64,000 nt of DNA, taken from Callorhinchus milii. Lineage: Eukaryota. A program made the translations under genes and the position numbers. Shown one piece after another: positions 27,086 through 39,870 of this stretch; positions within the stretch are counted from its first letter, which is position 1, and every line of letters starts with the position of its first letter. Under the pieces are notes generated by a model. That model was not told the DNA's origin, made no database searches, and saw only the letters and a program-made list of their open reading frames with translations. Location of the stretch: the NCBI RefSeq assembly GCF_018977255.1, contig NW_024704742.1, positions 95,234,001-95,298,000 of the forward strand. Reading direction: 5' to 3'.

Positions 27086-28287
27086 GTGCAAGTGCAAGTT
27101 GTTGTTATTGCAGGAACCACCTGCAACAGAAGACTTATTTAAATTTTGTCTTAGATCCAATCAAATAGAACTCTGTTTCTGATTCTGTTTAAGGGCTTTG
27201 GGATGTCCTTCCATCATGAAAGCTGCTATTTTTAGTTAGCATTGTAGCCAAATTGTATTTTGGGTGAAGCCCAATTGTCCGCTCAGGGGCAGGTCCCAAG
27301 TAATGTGGATAATTGGAAGTGAACCTATTTTATTTAGCGTTTTGTTTTTCCCTTCGTCTCTTCTTCTGAAGGCATTTTGACATCTTTCTGTTTTAGTGTG
27401 GTTCTGTTCATACTGCACTTGTTTTGCTTCAATTCCAAATGATCAAAACAAAAATTATGGCCCGTCCTTAAGCTTTTTAATATTTTTAATTAGGCAAGTT
27501 TTCACTAAATGGTATTTGTCAGTGGATAGTAATCTTTTCATTAAGTGTCTGTAATTCACCGTTTTCTGTATTTAAATACATGAAGTATTTGAATTACATT
27601 TTCCACAATGTTTGTAACAAAATTGAGTTTGAGCAAAGGTTCTTTTTGATACTAGAAATCTCTTGAAGGCTGTGGATTCCTGCCCCGCATTGGATCTTTG
27701 AACTCTTATACAGTCTAAAGATGACACACCAATGCAATGCTGGGGGTGTGCAACTTTGTTGGAGGTGCCATCATTTGGATGAGATGTTAAACTGAGCCCC
27801 CCGTCTGCCTCTTTAGGTGGATGTTAAAGATCCTATGGCACTATTGGAAAATAGAAGTGAGTTTCTCCCGATGTCCTGGCAAACATCCCCCAAATAAAAT
27901 TGTTCATTCACTTCTTTAATGTTTGTGGGACATTGCTTTGTGTAACTTGACTGCTGGTTCACCCATAAATCACACAGTCGCTGGACTTTACAGTGCTTTG
28001 AGAAGTCCTGCTAAGGTTAAATGTGCTGTACCAAATGAAAGGATTATTATGGAGGCTTTGTTTATATTCTGGACATTTTTTGCTGTTGCCTCTTATCGCC
28101 TGTCTTTGAAACTGTAAATTGTTCCTTCCCAGTGACAGCAAAACCTTCAACCAGAGAATTTGAGGTTTTCTGAATGAGTACAACATTACAAATTAAAACA
28201 ATCTTTTGAGTTTCATGCTATATGCAGAGTTTGGTGTTCTTGAGCTTAGTATCGAGATTCTACTAGTAAGAGGTGCTCCTTGTGATA

Positions 28288-28610
28288 AGTCCTGTAGCTC
28301 AGTGGTTAGAGCACTCGCTTTGCAAGTGAGAGACCTGAGTTCAATTCCAGGCAGAGGGCGAAACCCTGGGCAAGTTTCCTTACTCCACACAGAGCCTAAT
28401 AATAATCCCTCCAAAACCCAAAACAATAATAAATTGGTCATTTTCAATCTGCGACTGTTTGTGGGACATTGCTGTGCACAATTGGCTGCCGCGTTCGCCC
28501 ACAAATATACAGTCAATTCACTTTACAGTGTGTTCTGTGAAGCGCTTTGGGACGTCCTCCCGACGTGAAAAGCCCTATATCAAATGCAAGGATTATTATT
28601 ATTATTATTA
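28288..28610 (+). mobile_element. Full-length tRNA-derived SINE
   Basis: A box tagctcagtgg, B box gttcaattcc, family body, L2-like 3' end, (ATT)n tail. Confidence 0.9.
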
Positions 28611-29449
28611 AGTCAATGTAGGCTGGAGAAAGGGCTACATCCGCAATGTTCAGTCACTGATTGGAGCCAAAGACAAAGTTTAACACCTATAACACCTATT
28701 GTTTATCCTGTGTATGGTCTCCTATCTTTTCCTGCATCATAATCAGGGATAATCAACTAATAGAAAATTGTGAAAATGTTTGCCAAACAATTTGGAGTTG
28801 GAATTTGACAAATTTTGCGGAAAATTGCAGGGAGTTGATTGGTGCTATTGAGGTAAATTTTACTGCCAACCTACATTTTTTTACTTTATTGATAAAAGCT
28901 ACACATGAAGAAATAACACATTCGATTGTTGCAAAAAAAATTACTGATTATTTCTTTTAACAAAAACTGGGCGGCCCATTGCGGAGTGGGCCTGTAGATC
29001 CGCCAACAAACAGCGTTGCTCGCCAAGCTCACCAGTGTCCTGACTGCGGGGCTAAAGAGGCTCACCACCTTCTGCCTCTCAGGGCCTGTCACCGCACACA
29101 CACACACAGACCGAGAGACCCAGAGAGAGGCACACGCACACACAGAGAGACAAACATACAGACACACAGACACAGAGACACACGTTCTCAGAGAGAGATA
29201 GACACACACTCATAGACACAGAGACACACACTCAGACACGAAGATACATACAGAGAGACACGGACACATTCACACAGAGACACTCATAAACTCACACACA
29301 TATAGAAGAAATACACACACGGATACATTCACAAACAGACACACATACAGAGGAGAGAGAGACACACAGACAATCTCAACAGGAGGGTCCCAGAGTGGAG
29401 CGAAGCCCATTTCCCGCTCGCACCGCACCGCGCATGTGTGCCTGGAGAC

Positions 29450-29900
29450 GCCCCGCCCCCGGCAGCGGCTCAGCCCCGCCCCCCGCAGCGGCTCAGCCCC
29501 GCCCCCCGCAGCGGCTCAGCCCCGCCCCCGGCAGCGGCTCAGCCCCGCCCCCCGCAGCGGCTCAGCCCCGCCCCCCGCAGCGGCTCAGCCCCGCCCCCCG
29601 CAGCGGCTCAGCCCCGCCCCCCGGCAGCGGCTCAGCCCCGCCCCCGCAGCGGCTCAGCCCCGCCCCGTCGCAGCGGCTCAGCCCCGCCCCCCGCAGCGGC
29701 TCAGCCCCGCCCGTCCGCAGCGGCTCAGCCCCGCCCCCCGCAGCGGCTCAGCCCCGCCCCCCCCCCGCAGCGGCTCAGCCCCGCCCCCCGCAGCGGCTCA
29801 GCCCGCCCCCCCAGCGGCTCAGCCCCGCCCCCCGCAGCGGCTCAGCCCCGCCCCCCGCCAGCGGCTCAGCCCCGCCCCCCGCAGCGGCTCAGCCCCGCCC
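29450..29900. repeat. GC-rich ~23-bp minisatellite
   Basis: (gcagcggctcagccccgcccccc)n, about 19 copies. Confidence 0.95.
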
Positions 29901-30287
29901 ACAGCAGCGTTGGGTTAAGAATCAACAGCAGCAACGCACAGAGGATGGGCTCCAGAAACTTCATTTTATAGCGGAGGGCGTTGTTTATTGCGGCGGGTGC
30001 TGAAAAATTGAGGCCATGCTTTTCTATTGGCCCAGATCATAATACTCCAGGATCACCGTTGGTCTGTTTTCCAAGGAGACAGACAAACTGGCTGGAAGAA
30101 ATAACAGATTACATATGGTTAACCTACTGCATTGCCTCTGTGCCACTGCAATATTTGTTTTAAGTCACTGTACAGGTGTAGAATAAATCACAAATACTGA
30201 GTTCTCATTTAGTTTAGCACAGCACTATATGAACATGTTGTAGATTCTACTCTAATTGTCTTTTTTTTCCTCAACCTCATCTTAAAG

Positions 30288-30443
30288 CTAAGAAGTCTAG
30301 CCTTTGGGAAAATTCCTCCGAAGTCGCATTCTGGTGTAAATGCTGGCGTGAACTCGGGATCAAGTCAGCCTGAGCCTCACAGCCAGAGACCAGCAGGAGC
30401 ACAGGGCGAGAAATGGCAGGAGTGGAGAGAAAAAGACGAACAG
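30288..30443 (+). CDS. GKAP1: GKAP1 coding exon 2
   Basis: taaag|..|gtcaga; LRSLAFGKIPPK...WQEWREKDEQ. Confidence 0.92.
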
Positions 30444-32362
30444 GTCAGAGCTGTTGATGCAAATACAATAGTGGTCACAATTTTACAATTCAATTGTGTT
30501 GGATAGTTGAATGTTGCATGAAATGGGAAAACAATGCAGGTTCATAATTATCTTTAGTCTTAACTAAAACATTTAATTGTGGATCTCCACAATAGAATAC
30601 TATTAATGAGCACTAAGACCAGCCACAACTGTTGTCTTTTTCACAAAGTTGTAAAACGTTTGTAGGAGTTGACCATTAAGAAGAGATAAACTTGCATAAC
30701 AATGCTAATTTTCAAACCAGATTATTAGACTCAACAAACCCAGCCCCTTTTGCTAGTTCTCAGGTGCCTGCTTTCTCACCATATTCCTCGATCCTTTCTC
30801 CAGAATATTTATAGTTACTTCTTGATCCCATTTGCAGAATCGGTTTCTTACACTGTAATTTTATTCTACAATCCTTTGAGTCGTGTAATCCTGTATATTC
30901 TTTTTACATTTAACATTTTAGTTAGCGATAAGACAGGGATAAGATATTCTCTTTTGATGTACATTTAACCTAACTTGCCTTCTTTGTGTATAGACATTTC
31001 CACAATGGCATTGAAAATGTGGTGTGTTTGCAATGGGATTTGCCAATGGTGGCAAGATTCTCCACTCACGATTCTCAATCGCTATCAATGAATCCTATTG
31101 TGAATTGTTCAAATAGCTGCTTGATTTTCTTCCTGATCATGAAAATCTTCTCCACATAATATTCTTTTGGTACCCTGCTCCCACAATAATTTACTTTACA
31201 CACATTGAACCAGATTTGCCACCTCTCAGCTCAGCTACACAAAATATCAGAATGGTTCTAAATCATACTGCATTCTTCCTTTCATTTACTATGCCTTCGG
31301 TTTTGATATTTTCTGTAAACTTGAAGATTTAATTTAGAAAAACTTTATGCAAGTAGCTTTTTTTAAATACAATCACAAATGTGGCAGCCAATCCGTGCAC
31401 AGCAATAACTCAAAACAGCATGACTAATTTTATCTTGAGGAATTTTAGCACCAGGAGAAACTCCCTTCTCTTTTTAAATATAAGCACAAGATCTTTAATG
31501 TCCACCGAAATAGACAGGTGAGAACTTGGATTAACTTTTCATTTGAGAAACGACACCTCTGACAATGCAGCGCTCCCCCAGCATTGCATTGTATTGTATT
31601 GCCATCCTACTTTATGGATTCAACAGACCTGATGTGGGATCCTGAATTACACCCTGCTTATTTGTTGGACATTGCTATGCACAAATTGACTGCCACATTC
31701 ATCTACAAATATTCACTACACTTAACGGGAATTACTGTAAACTGTTTTGAGACATTTCAGGATTATTACATGTTTGTTACTCTTCAGTCCTCCATACAAG
31801 AAGAACATCTTTATTGGTGAAACTTTGTCTGGAACTGTTGCCCCTGATTCATACTGTTCCGGCCACAACATTATTGCTATTTGCATAGCACTTATTCAGA
31901 TTAATTAATTTATATATTTATTTTGTCCTTCCCGCCCTTTACTTCTATTCTCAGCCTCCAGAACTCACTGTTCTTCAGCTGAGTTTGTAGCCAGTCCAGC
32001 TGCTCTCACAAAAAGGCTCCCAAAATACCACAAACCAAAGAATATTTGCTGAATTTCATGATGAATATATTTTTAATAAAATTTTTATATTTTTAAAAAT
32101 GCTTTTGCAGACGAGAGGACCTGGGTTTGATTCAGGAAACTGGTTCTTAGTCGATTGGCGGATTGCTGTCCAGGAGTAATAATCCTTCCACCCCATATCA
32201 AATGCAATGATTATTATTATAAAACACTTTTAAAGATATTGTAAAAAAATGCTTTGCTTAATTCCAGAGCCCAGTCAATACAGACTATGTTGTAGTTGGA
32301 TTCTCTGGATGATTTCTGCTGTAGTTTCTCTCAATGTTTATTCGATTCTTTTCTGCGTACAG

Positions 32363-32440
32363 CTGACGACTGAACTGTATGAAGCGGACCTCCAGAAAGC
32401 ATTGCTGATCAGTAAGCTGGAGTATGAAGAGCATAAGAAT
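32363..32440 (+). CDS. GKAP1: GKAP1 coding exon 3
   Basis: tacag|..|gtatgt; [26 protein letters not shown]. Confidence 0.93.
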
Positions 32441-32754
32441 GTATGTACCACTTTGTGTGGCATTTGAAATTTAAAAAAATATTGAGAGTCATTGTGGAAG
32501 AGTTTGTGACTAAATTAATCATGTTAATGGCAAGCCAAATGAGTGAAAGAAAAATATGAAAAACTGACATTATATGAGGGCAATAGAAGAGTGTTGCAAG
32601 AAGAGGGCCTGGCAAATTAATATGAACATCTTTTATTTTCATGTAGTTATAAAATACAGAAATAGCTCTACTGTGAGGAATTTTGTCATTGGTGTCATAG
32701 TAGGAATTTCTTTTATCTATTTCGGTTGATGCGATGATTATATGTGATGATTGC

Positions 32755-33077
32755 GGAGTCCTGTAGCTTAGTGGTTAGAGCACTCACCTTGCAAGTGAGA
32801 CACCTGGGTTCAATTTCAGGCAGGGCGAAACCTTGGGAAAGTTTCCTTACTGCACATGCCTATAATATATATAATAATCCCTCCAAAACAAAACAATAAT
32901 AAATTTGTCATTTTCAATCCACGACTGTTTGTGGGACACTGCTGTGCGCAATTGGTTGCTCGCATTTCGCCCGCAAATATTCGGTCAATTCACTTTACAG
33001 TATATTCCTAGAAGCGCTTTGAGATGTCGAGAAGACATGAAAAGCGCTATATCAAATGCAAGGATTATTATTATTAT
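32755..33077 (+). mobile_element. Full-length tRNA-derived SINE
   Basis: Same family as 28288-28610. Confidence 0.88.
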
Positions 33078-33176
33078 CCCTTTCAGAATGTCCCAATTTT
33101 TATTTTCAATGTCAGTAGAATTACATTTTCAGCATTTTGACTTATCTGCCCCTTCCAAGTCCTGCTAGTCTGTCAT

Positions 33177-36100
33177 CAACAACAACAACAAAATTACAAT
33201 TACGCCTTTCATGTCGGGAGGACGTCCCAAAGCAGGGGCTCGAGCATGGGGGAGGGGTGGTCTAGGGGTGAGGGAAGGCAGAGAGGTGGGAGATCGACCA
33301 AAAAGGCACGATCGAAGAGAAGGGTCTTGAGACCGTCCTTGAAGGAGGCAAGGGAGGAAGCGAGGCGAAGGGACCGTGGTATGGAGTTCCAAAGTGTGGG
33401 GGCAGAGAGGCTGAAAGCCCGGCCACCGATGGTAGGGCAGGTTGGGTGGGAGACATGGAGCAGATCAGAGCCCGCTGAACGGAATGAGCAGGCAGGTTGG
33501 TAGGGAGTCAGCAAGTCAGAGGGGTAGGAGGGGGCAAGGCCATGGATGGCATTGAAAGTGAGGACGAGGATCTTGAACTCGATCCTCTGGGGGATGGGGA
33601 GCCAGTGGAGTCGGGTGAGGGTGGGAGTGAAGGGGTCACGGAGCCTGGTGCGTGAGAGTATGAGGATGATCAGCAGCTTGTGAAGGGAAAAGTTGGGAAG
33701 GCCGATGAGGGAGTTTCCGTAGTTGAGCCTTGATGTGATGAATGCGTGGGTGAGGGTTTTGGCAGCCTGAGGGGTGAGGCATTGGCGGAGTCTGGCAATG
33801 ATGCGGAGGTGGTGGTAGGCAGTGCCGGTCATGGCGCAGATGTGGGGGAGAAAGGACAGTTCAGGGTCAAACAAGACACCCAGGTTCCTGACTGGCTTAG
33901 TGAGGTTGAGTGTGCAGCCGTGGAGGCTGATGCTGCCAGTGCCCGAGGTACGGAGGCGCTGGCGTGAGCCAATCAGGAGGGCCTCGGTCTTGCTGATGTT
34001 GAGTTGGAGAAAGTTGTCCCTTGTCCAGGACTTGATGTCGGACAGGCAGTGGGTCAGGATGCCAATAGTCCTGGAGTTGAGGGTGGAGGCAGAGAGATAG
34101 AGTTGGGTGTCATCCGCATACATGTGGAAATTTACCCTATGTTTGTGGATGACGTCACCGAGGGGGAGCACGTAAAGTGTGAAAAGGAGGGGACCGAGGA
34201 CAGATCCCTGAGGAGCACGAGAAGGTGCGGGGGCTGGAGGAGAAGCCATTTGCTTCGACAAAGTGGAGGCGGTGTGAAAGGTAGGACCTTGAAGGTTGAG
34301 GTGGGAGGAGAAACAGTGGAGGGGGATTGAAAGGTCCACGGTGTTAAAAGGCAGCGGAGAGGTCGAGGAGGACAAGGAGGCAGAGGGAGCCCTGGTCGCA
34401 CATGGTCAGGATGTCGTTTGTGACCTTGACCAGAACAGTTTCTGTGCTGTGGGTGGCACGGAAACCCGATTGGAAGGTTTCATGGAGAGAGTGGGAGGAG
34501 AGGAAAGAGCGAAGCTGGGAGGCAACGGCTCTCTCAAGGACTTTGGATAGGAAAGGGAGGTTTGAGATGGGCCGGTAGCTGGATAGCTATGATGGGTCAA
34601 GGGAAGGTTTCTTCAAGGTGGGGGTGATAATGACCGTTTTGAGGGGGGGGAAGAAACAGTGCCAGATGACAGGGAGAGGTTGATGATGTCGGCGAGAAGC
34701 GGGGCAAGGAGTTTGAGCTGGGATTTAAGGATGGGGTTCAGGGAGCAGGTGGTGGGCTTCATTGAGGATATGGTGGTGAAGACAGAGGAGGGGTTGACAG
34801 GTTCAAAGGTGTGGAAGGAGGGATGGGTAATTTTCGGAGTGTGAGATGGGGGTAGGGAGGGGGTGGAAGTTGGGAGGGCAGTGGTAGCTGAGCGGATTCC
34901 CTCGATTTTGGGCTCGAGGAAATCCAGAATTTTCTTGCAGTGAGAGTCGGAGGAAAAATCTGGCAGGCGTGTCGGGGAGGGCGAAGGAGCCGGTTGGTTA
35001 TGGAGAACAGGAGCCTGGGGTTGCCTTTCGCCTCCAGGATTAACCTGGAATACAAGGATGATTTGGCCGAGGCGAGAGCGGAGCGGTACGTTTTGATGAG
35101 GTCCAGTCAGATGTGACGATGGACCGTTAGGCCGGATTTGAGCCAAGTGCGTTCGGGAGCCCGCACCTGGCCCTTAAGCGAGCAGAGGTGGCTGGTGAAC
35201 CACGCTGAGGATCGGGAATAGTTCAGGAGGTGAGGGGAGGCAAGGGCGTCGAGTGTGGTGGAGAGGGTGCTGTGGAGAAGAGTAAGCGCAGAGAGTTGGT
35301 TGGTGTGAGAGGTGGACCAGAAGGGGGGGAGTCAGAGGACTCCAGGGCAGCGGAGAGGGACTGCGGGGAGATCTTCTTTCATGGGCGATAGAAGATGGTG
35401 GTAGGTTTGAAGGCAGTGAGGAGAGGGATATGGGAGTTGAGGGAGATGAAATGGTAGTCAGAGATGACTTTGTCAGTGATGGTGACATCCAAGACGCTGA
35501 GGCCCCGGGTGATCACCAGGTCGAGAGGGTGACCGTGGTTGTGGGTAGCAGAGTGGATGTGGAGATAGAGGTTGAGAGAGGAGAATTCTGAGGAGGTGGA
35601 GCAGGAGGGGGTGAAGTGGAGGTTGAAGTCGCCTAGGATGATGAGACTGTCGGAGCAGAGGCAACGGGAAACGAGGATGGAGATGTCAGAGATGAAGGTG
35701 GGGGAGGATTTTGGGGGGCGGTAAACTAGGAGGATTTTTAGAGAGAGGTGGGAGGGATGGCAGAGGGTAAGGTGTTCAAAAGAGGGAAATGAGCCGGTGG
35801 AGTAGGGGGATAGGGCAAGTGACGCCCTGAATATAAGGGCTACCCTGCCGCCATGGCAGTTGGGGCGTGGGGCATGGTGTTAGGTATAGCCGGGTAGTGT
35901 GGCCTCAGTGAGGGGGGGAAGGTGTCACCTGGGGTGATCCAGGTTTCAGTGAGGGCCATAATGTCAATGTCCTCATCGAGGATGAGTTCATTGACGACCA
36001 GGGTCTTGTTGGCGATGGAGTGGACGTTTTAAAGGCCAATGCATAGTGGACAGTTGGCAGGGGGATGTGTGGGATGGGAGGGGGTACTGGATTGGTTGGC

Positions 36101-36410
36101 AGGGAGGATGGGGATGCGGATGAGGGAGGAGAGGTTAGCCCCTGGGGTCTGGGTCCGGGGTGGCTTGCGGTGGTAGTGGGGAATGGGGCAGTCGGTGTGG
36201 CTGCTGCTGGACAGCCAACACCGAATGCCGCGATGAGCCCGGCGAGGGATTCCCAGGCTGGAGCAGAGGGAAGCAGTGGGAGATAGGAGGTGGGGAGAGC
36301 GGAGTGAGAGCAGGACAGAGCGGGAGAGTTGCAGGGAGTGGGGCATTTTGAGGGAGGGCCAGCTCGGGTCGGGGGCGGCAGCCAAGATGCGCACGCTGAG
36401 ACGAGAGGCG
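33177..36410 (-). mobile_element. L2-clade LINE, long degenerate copy (endonuclease and RT regions)
   Basis: [11 protein letters not shown]...[10 protein letters not shown] motifs in 388-aa ORF; upstream frameshifted endonuclease-like sequence; (TTG)n 3' tail. Confidence 0.9.
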
Positions 36411-36429
36411 GCGAATTAGTGGGACATTA

Positions 36430-36744
36430 TAATAATAATCCTTGCATTTGATATAGGGCTTTTCACGTTCTAGACGTCCCAAAGCGCTTCACAGAATATA
36501 CTGTAAAGTGAATTGACTGTATATTTGGGGGCGAACGCGGCAGCCAATTGCGCACAGCAATGTCCCGCAAACAGTCATGGATTGAAAATCACCAATTTAT
36601 TATTGTTTTGTTTTTTTGGAGGGATTATTATTAGGCGTGTGGAGTAAGGAAACTTGCCCAAGGTTTCGCCCTGACCTGCCTGGAATTGAACTCAGGTCTC
36701 TCACTAGTAAAGTGAGTGCTCTAACCACTGAGCTACAGGACTCC
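36430..36744 (-). mobile_element. Full-length tRNA-derived SINE
   Basis: Reverse complement of same family. Confidence 0.88.
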
Positions 36745-37042
36745 ACGGGGCCGGGGTCTCTTGGACCCTGAGGTGGGGTGGGTGTCTCAGGGTCTTGGTA
36801 ATTGAGTTTGTATGAGGCTAAACTCATACACTCACTGCACTCACTACACTTACCTCACTGCCAATTCCATTTGTTATATAAAACTGGACACTTGTGACAG
36901 GCTGTTAACTATTTTAATTCTCCCTCAGAATTAGTCTGTCTATACTACATTTAAAATTTTGTTTTGAAGAAGAAAATCTGTTGTGTTTTGCCTATGTGAA
37001 AGGCGATATACAAATGTAATTTTGCTATTCTTGTTGTTGCAG

Positions 37043-37166
37043 CTGCACGATGATCCAAACAACATTTCTCTCAAATCAAAAGGGCAGAGTCGGAAAGAGA
37101 AAAGAAAACACCTTCAGGGAAAAGATAAACCAGCCAGAGTATCGTTAAAAGATTTTCAGACTGATG
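37043..37166 (+). CDS. GKAP1: GKAP1 coding exon 4
   Basis: tgcag|; ...KEKRKHLQGKDKPARVSLKDFQTD; donor after 37166 or in-phase alternative after 37175. Confidence 0.88.
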
Positions 37167-37690
37167 GTAGTGCAGGTAATGTTGGGGTAAAGCTTGTAAT
37201 ATTAAAAAACCTTGTGACAGCATTTTCTGTGCAACATTGGGGTAAAAAAAACAGTAGTTTGCGACAGGGTTGACTAATGGCAACTCAGAGGCACAAATGA
37301 TGAATCCTGCTGGTAAGTACATTGCTGCTATTATAACAATAACAAAGCTTGCTTTTGATATTGATTTAGTGTATGTAGAAATACAGTCACTACACTTCAC
37401 AGCAAAACCCTGTGAAACACTTTGAGATATTCCAACCACTTGATAAGGAGCATATCAAAAGCAAGGATTGCCATTATTATAATCAGCAGCAATGCCTTAG
37501 TAGTAAATTTTCAAAAGATTACATCTTTAATCTAAAGTACTGTGTGATAGTTTGCAAAAAAAGTTTGTCAAACACTGATTCAGAGTTAAACCACCATGTT
37601 ATTTGGATTTCTAGCCTCATACAAACTAATGCATGAAACATCTTGTTGGCCTTTTGATTCAGTGTAACAACTTTTTTTCCTTCTCTGCAG

Positions 37691-37713
37691 ATCAAATGAA
37701 CAAAAAACATGAG
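37691..37713 (+). CDS. GKAP1: GKAP1 23-nt coding micro-exon 5
   Basis: ttctctgcag|atcaaatgaacaaaaaacatgag|gtatgg; (D)QMNKKHE; restores phase. Confidence 0.87.
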
Positions 37714-38007
37714 GTATGGAACTTCAGGTGTACTTATGGCTGTAGATCTGTGTTGATGAGTTGGGTAATCTGTTTCAGGTTCTTTGTGAAAGAATCTCAG
37801 TATAATACATGGCCTGAAATTTAATCTGAGTTTCAAAGTAAATGTTTAATCAATACCTGAATATTTTGTCTATTCAGAAGACGTTTTGAAGTGAAATATT
37901 ACTTAATTGAATCCTATTTTTAACAAAAGATTTTGTGTAGTAGTAAACGTTTTCCTAATTGCTCTTTTACCAATTATCTGTTTAATTGAAGTATTTGCTA
38001 TTTGCAG

Positions 38008-38157
38008 GAACCAAAATCCTTACTTGCGACTGTAGAAGAGGATGGCTTCTTTAATAAACTCGAGGAAGACACAAACAAAATATTGCTGATGGAGAAAAGG
38101 AAAAAGTTGTTGAATTCTAATGGGCTGGAGAACAACATGTCTGCGCAGGAGAGCCAA
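38008..38157 (+). CDS. GKAP1: GKAP1 coding exon 6
   Basis: tgcag|..|gtatga; ...DGFFNKLEEDTNKILLMEKRK... Confidence 0.92.
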
Positions 38158-39031
38158 GTATGAATTTGTTGAATATATATTTACATGTGTTGTGTACAGG
38201 ATTGGTCCTTCCTTGGATCACCTCGTTTCAGTGAACGATGAAAAGATAATTGGAATTCACTTTCAGTCTCGTTTTATGATTTTAAACAAGTAGTGTTGAT
38301 GTTTGGGAGGATGGTAGTGGCTTGGATGTGTTGAGCTCAGTGGCATGAATCACAGAATGAACACAGCATTATCAGATCTGCCAAGCCAGATCTGTAGCAA
38401 CACAGCAATCCATGTTTAAATAGTTTTATTTTTAAGCCAGTGAAAGAGATTCAGTTGGAGGTTCCATGTAAACACAATTCTTCTACAATGCTTTGATTTC
38501 CCTTGCAAAAATGAATTGGAATGACATCCAGATTGGGGGGAGGGGGTTTCCTGCTTTAAGATTTCTAGTGTTTCTTTGTGACTTAGATATTTATTTATTT
38601 TCATATTTGGGAATATTGTTCTTTGGTTACTAGCTCAGGTTCCTCTGCAGTGCAAGAATGCATGAATCGAGGTATGTGTGGATGGGTGAGTGTGAAGGAG
38701 GGAAGAGAGATTGAAAAGAGAAAATGAGTGTGATGGACAGTGTTCAGCAGACAAAGAACTTGCAGGGAAAAACTGATGTGAAAGAAACACAGAAAGAAGA
38801 AACCCACGCGGAGACATATTAGGTACAGAGAGAGGAACAGAGATGGGAAGTGAGGGAGAAAAAGGCAGAGGCACAGAGACTCCCTCACAAAATATATTGT
38901 TCCAAACAGCTTTCTCCTACAGCCCTTAGATTTCAAGTAAGCCTTCCTCGCTATTGTTTGTTCTGGAAATGGTCACAAAATGCAAAGGAATGACTGAATT
39001 TTTCTTTTCTTTTTCACTGCCTTTCTCGCAG

Positions 39032-39133
39032 GAAGCTATCTGTAATAATGTAAGAACTGAACACTTAAAAGAAAAACTCGAAAAGAAAGACACTAAAATC
39101 CTTCAGTTGAAACAAACAATTGAACAGTGGGAG
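39032..39133 (+). CDS. GKAP1: GKAP1 coding exon 7
   Basis: cgcag|..|gtgagt; ...LEKKDTKILQLKQTIEQWE. Confidence 0.92.
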
Positions 39134-39237
39134 GTGAGTGGCCAGATGTGATTTTTAATCTTTTTGTGGCAGAGTCCAAGAAACCTGGTCTTATTGGCTT
39201 TTCATTATTTTACCACCTCCCTTTCTTTTTAAAATAG

Positions 39238-39301
39238 GCAAAATATAAAGAGGTAAAAGCGAGAAATGCTCAGCTTTTAAAGATGCTGCAAGAAGGTGAA
39301 A
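39238..39301 (+). CDS. GKAP1: GKAP1 coding exon 8
   Basis: aatag|..|gtaagt; AKYKEVKARNAQLLKMLQEGE. Confidence 0.95.
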
Positions 39302-39454
39302 GTAAGTATTTGTTAATATTTAGGAATATCACAGGTGAGGTGTACAGAGGGACTTTCTGTATCGTACGGCAGTATCGAGCTGTAGAGCCCTGGGTTTTTC
39401 GGGATCCAATTTACTTTTGTTCTTTCTCTCTCATACTTCTGAAAATGTGTTAAG

Positions 39455-39870
39455 TTTTAGCCTGGCTCGGTTGGCAGCATTCTTGCTTCTTGAGTCAGAA
39501 GGTTGTGGGTTGTAGTTGGGACTGTGAGCTCACAGTATCAACTGATACTGCAGTGTGGTGCTGGGGGGTCTGCTACACTGTCGGGAGTACGATCCTTCAG
39601 AGGAGATGTTAAACAAGGTCCCATTTGCCTGTCTGGTAGACAATAAACGATCCCACCGTATTAATTGAAAAGAAAAGGGAGTAATCTCCCAGTCTCCTGG
39701 CTGACAGTCTTTAGATAAATTGATCATTTACTTCTTGCCTGTTTTGGGACATTGCTGTGGGCAAATTAGCTGCCCTGTTCACCTACCAGTACAACCGCTT
39801 TCCTTTACATTAAATCCTGTGGAGAGCTTTGAGGTGTGTCAACAATGTGATGAGGTGCTATATCACATAC
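39455..39870 (+). mobile_element. Older Deu-domain-like SINE
   Basis: tgagtcagaaggttgtgggtt head and gagatgttaaac core; related copies at ~15290, ~16740, ~27730, ~46020. Confidence 0.6.

Noticed and set aside
28288..28362. tRNA gene
   Set aside because: tRNA-like head continuous with SINE body and repeated in several copies
29395..30003. Pro/Ala-rich ORFs
   Set aside because: Translations of the 23-bp GC minisatellite
28780..30030. Possible DNA transposon enclosing the GC minisatellite
   Set aside because: Candidate ends do not form a convincing inverted repeat
33209..34375. 388-aa RT ORF as a functional gene
   Set aside because: Fragment of a frameshifted L2 ORF2 that reads through into the 3' tail
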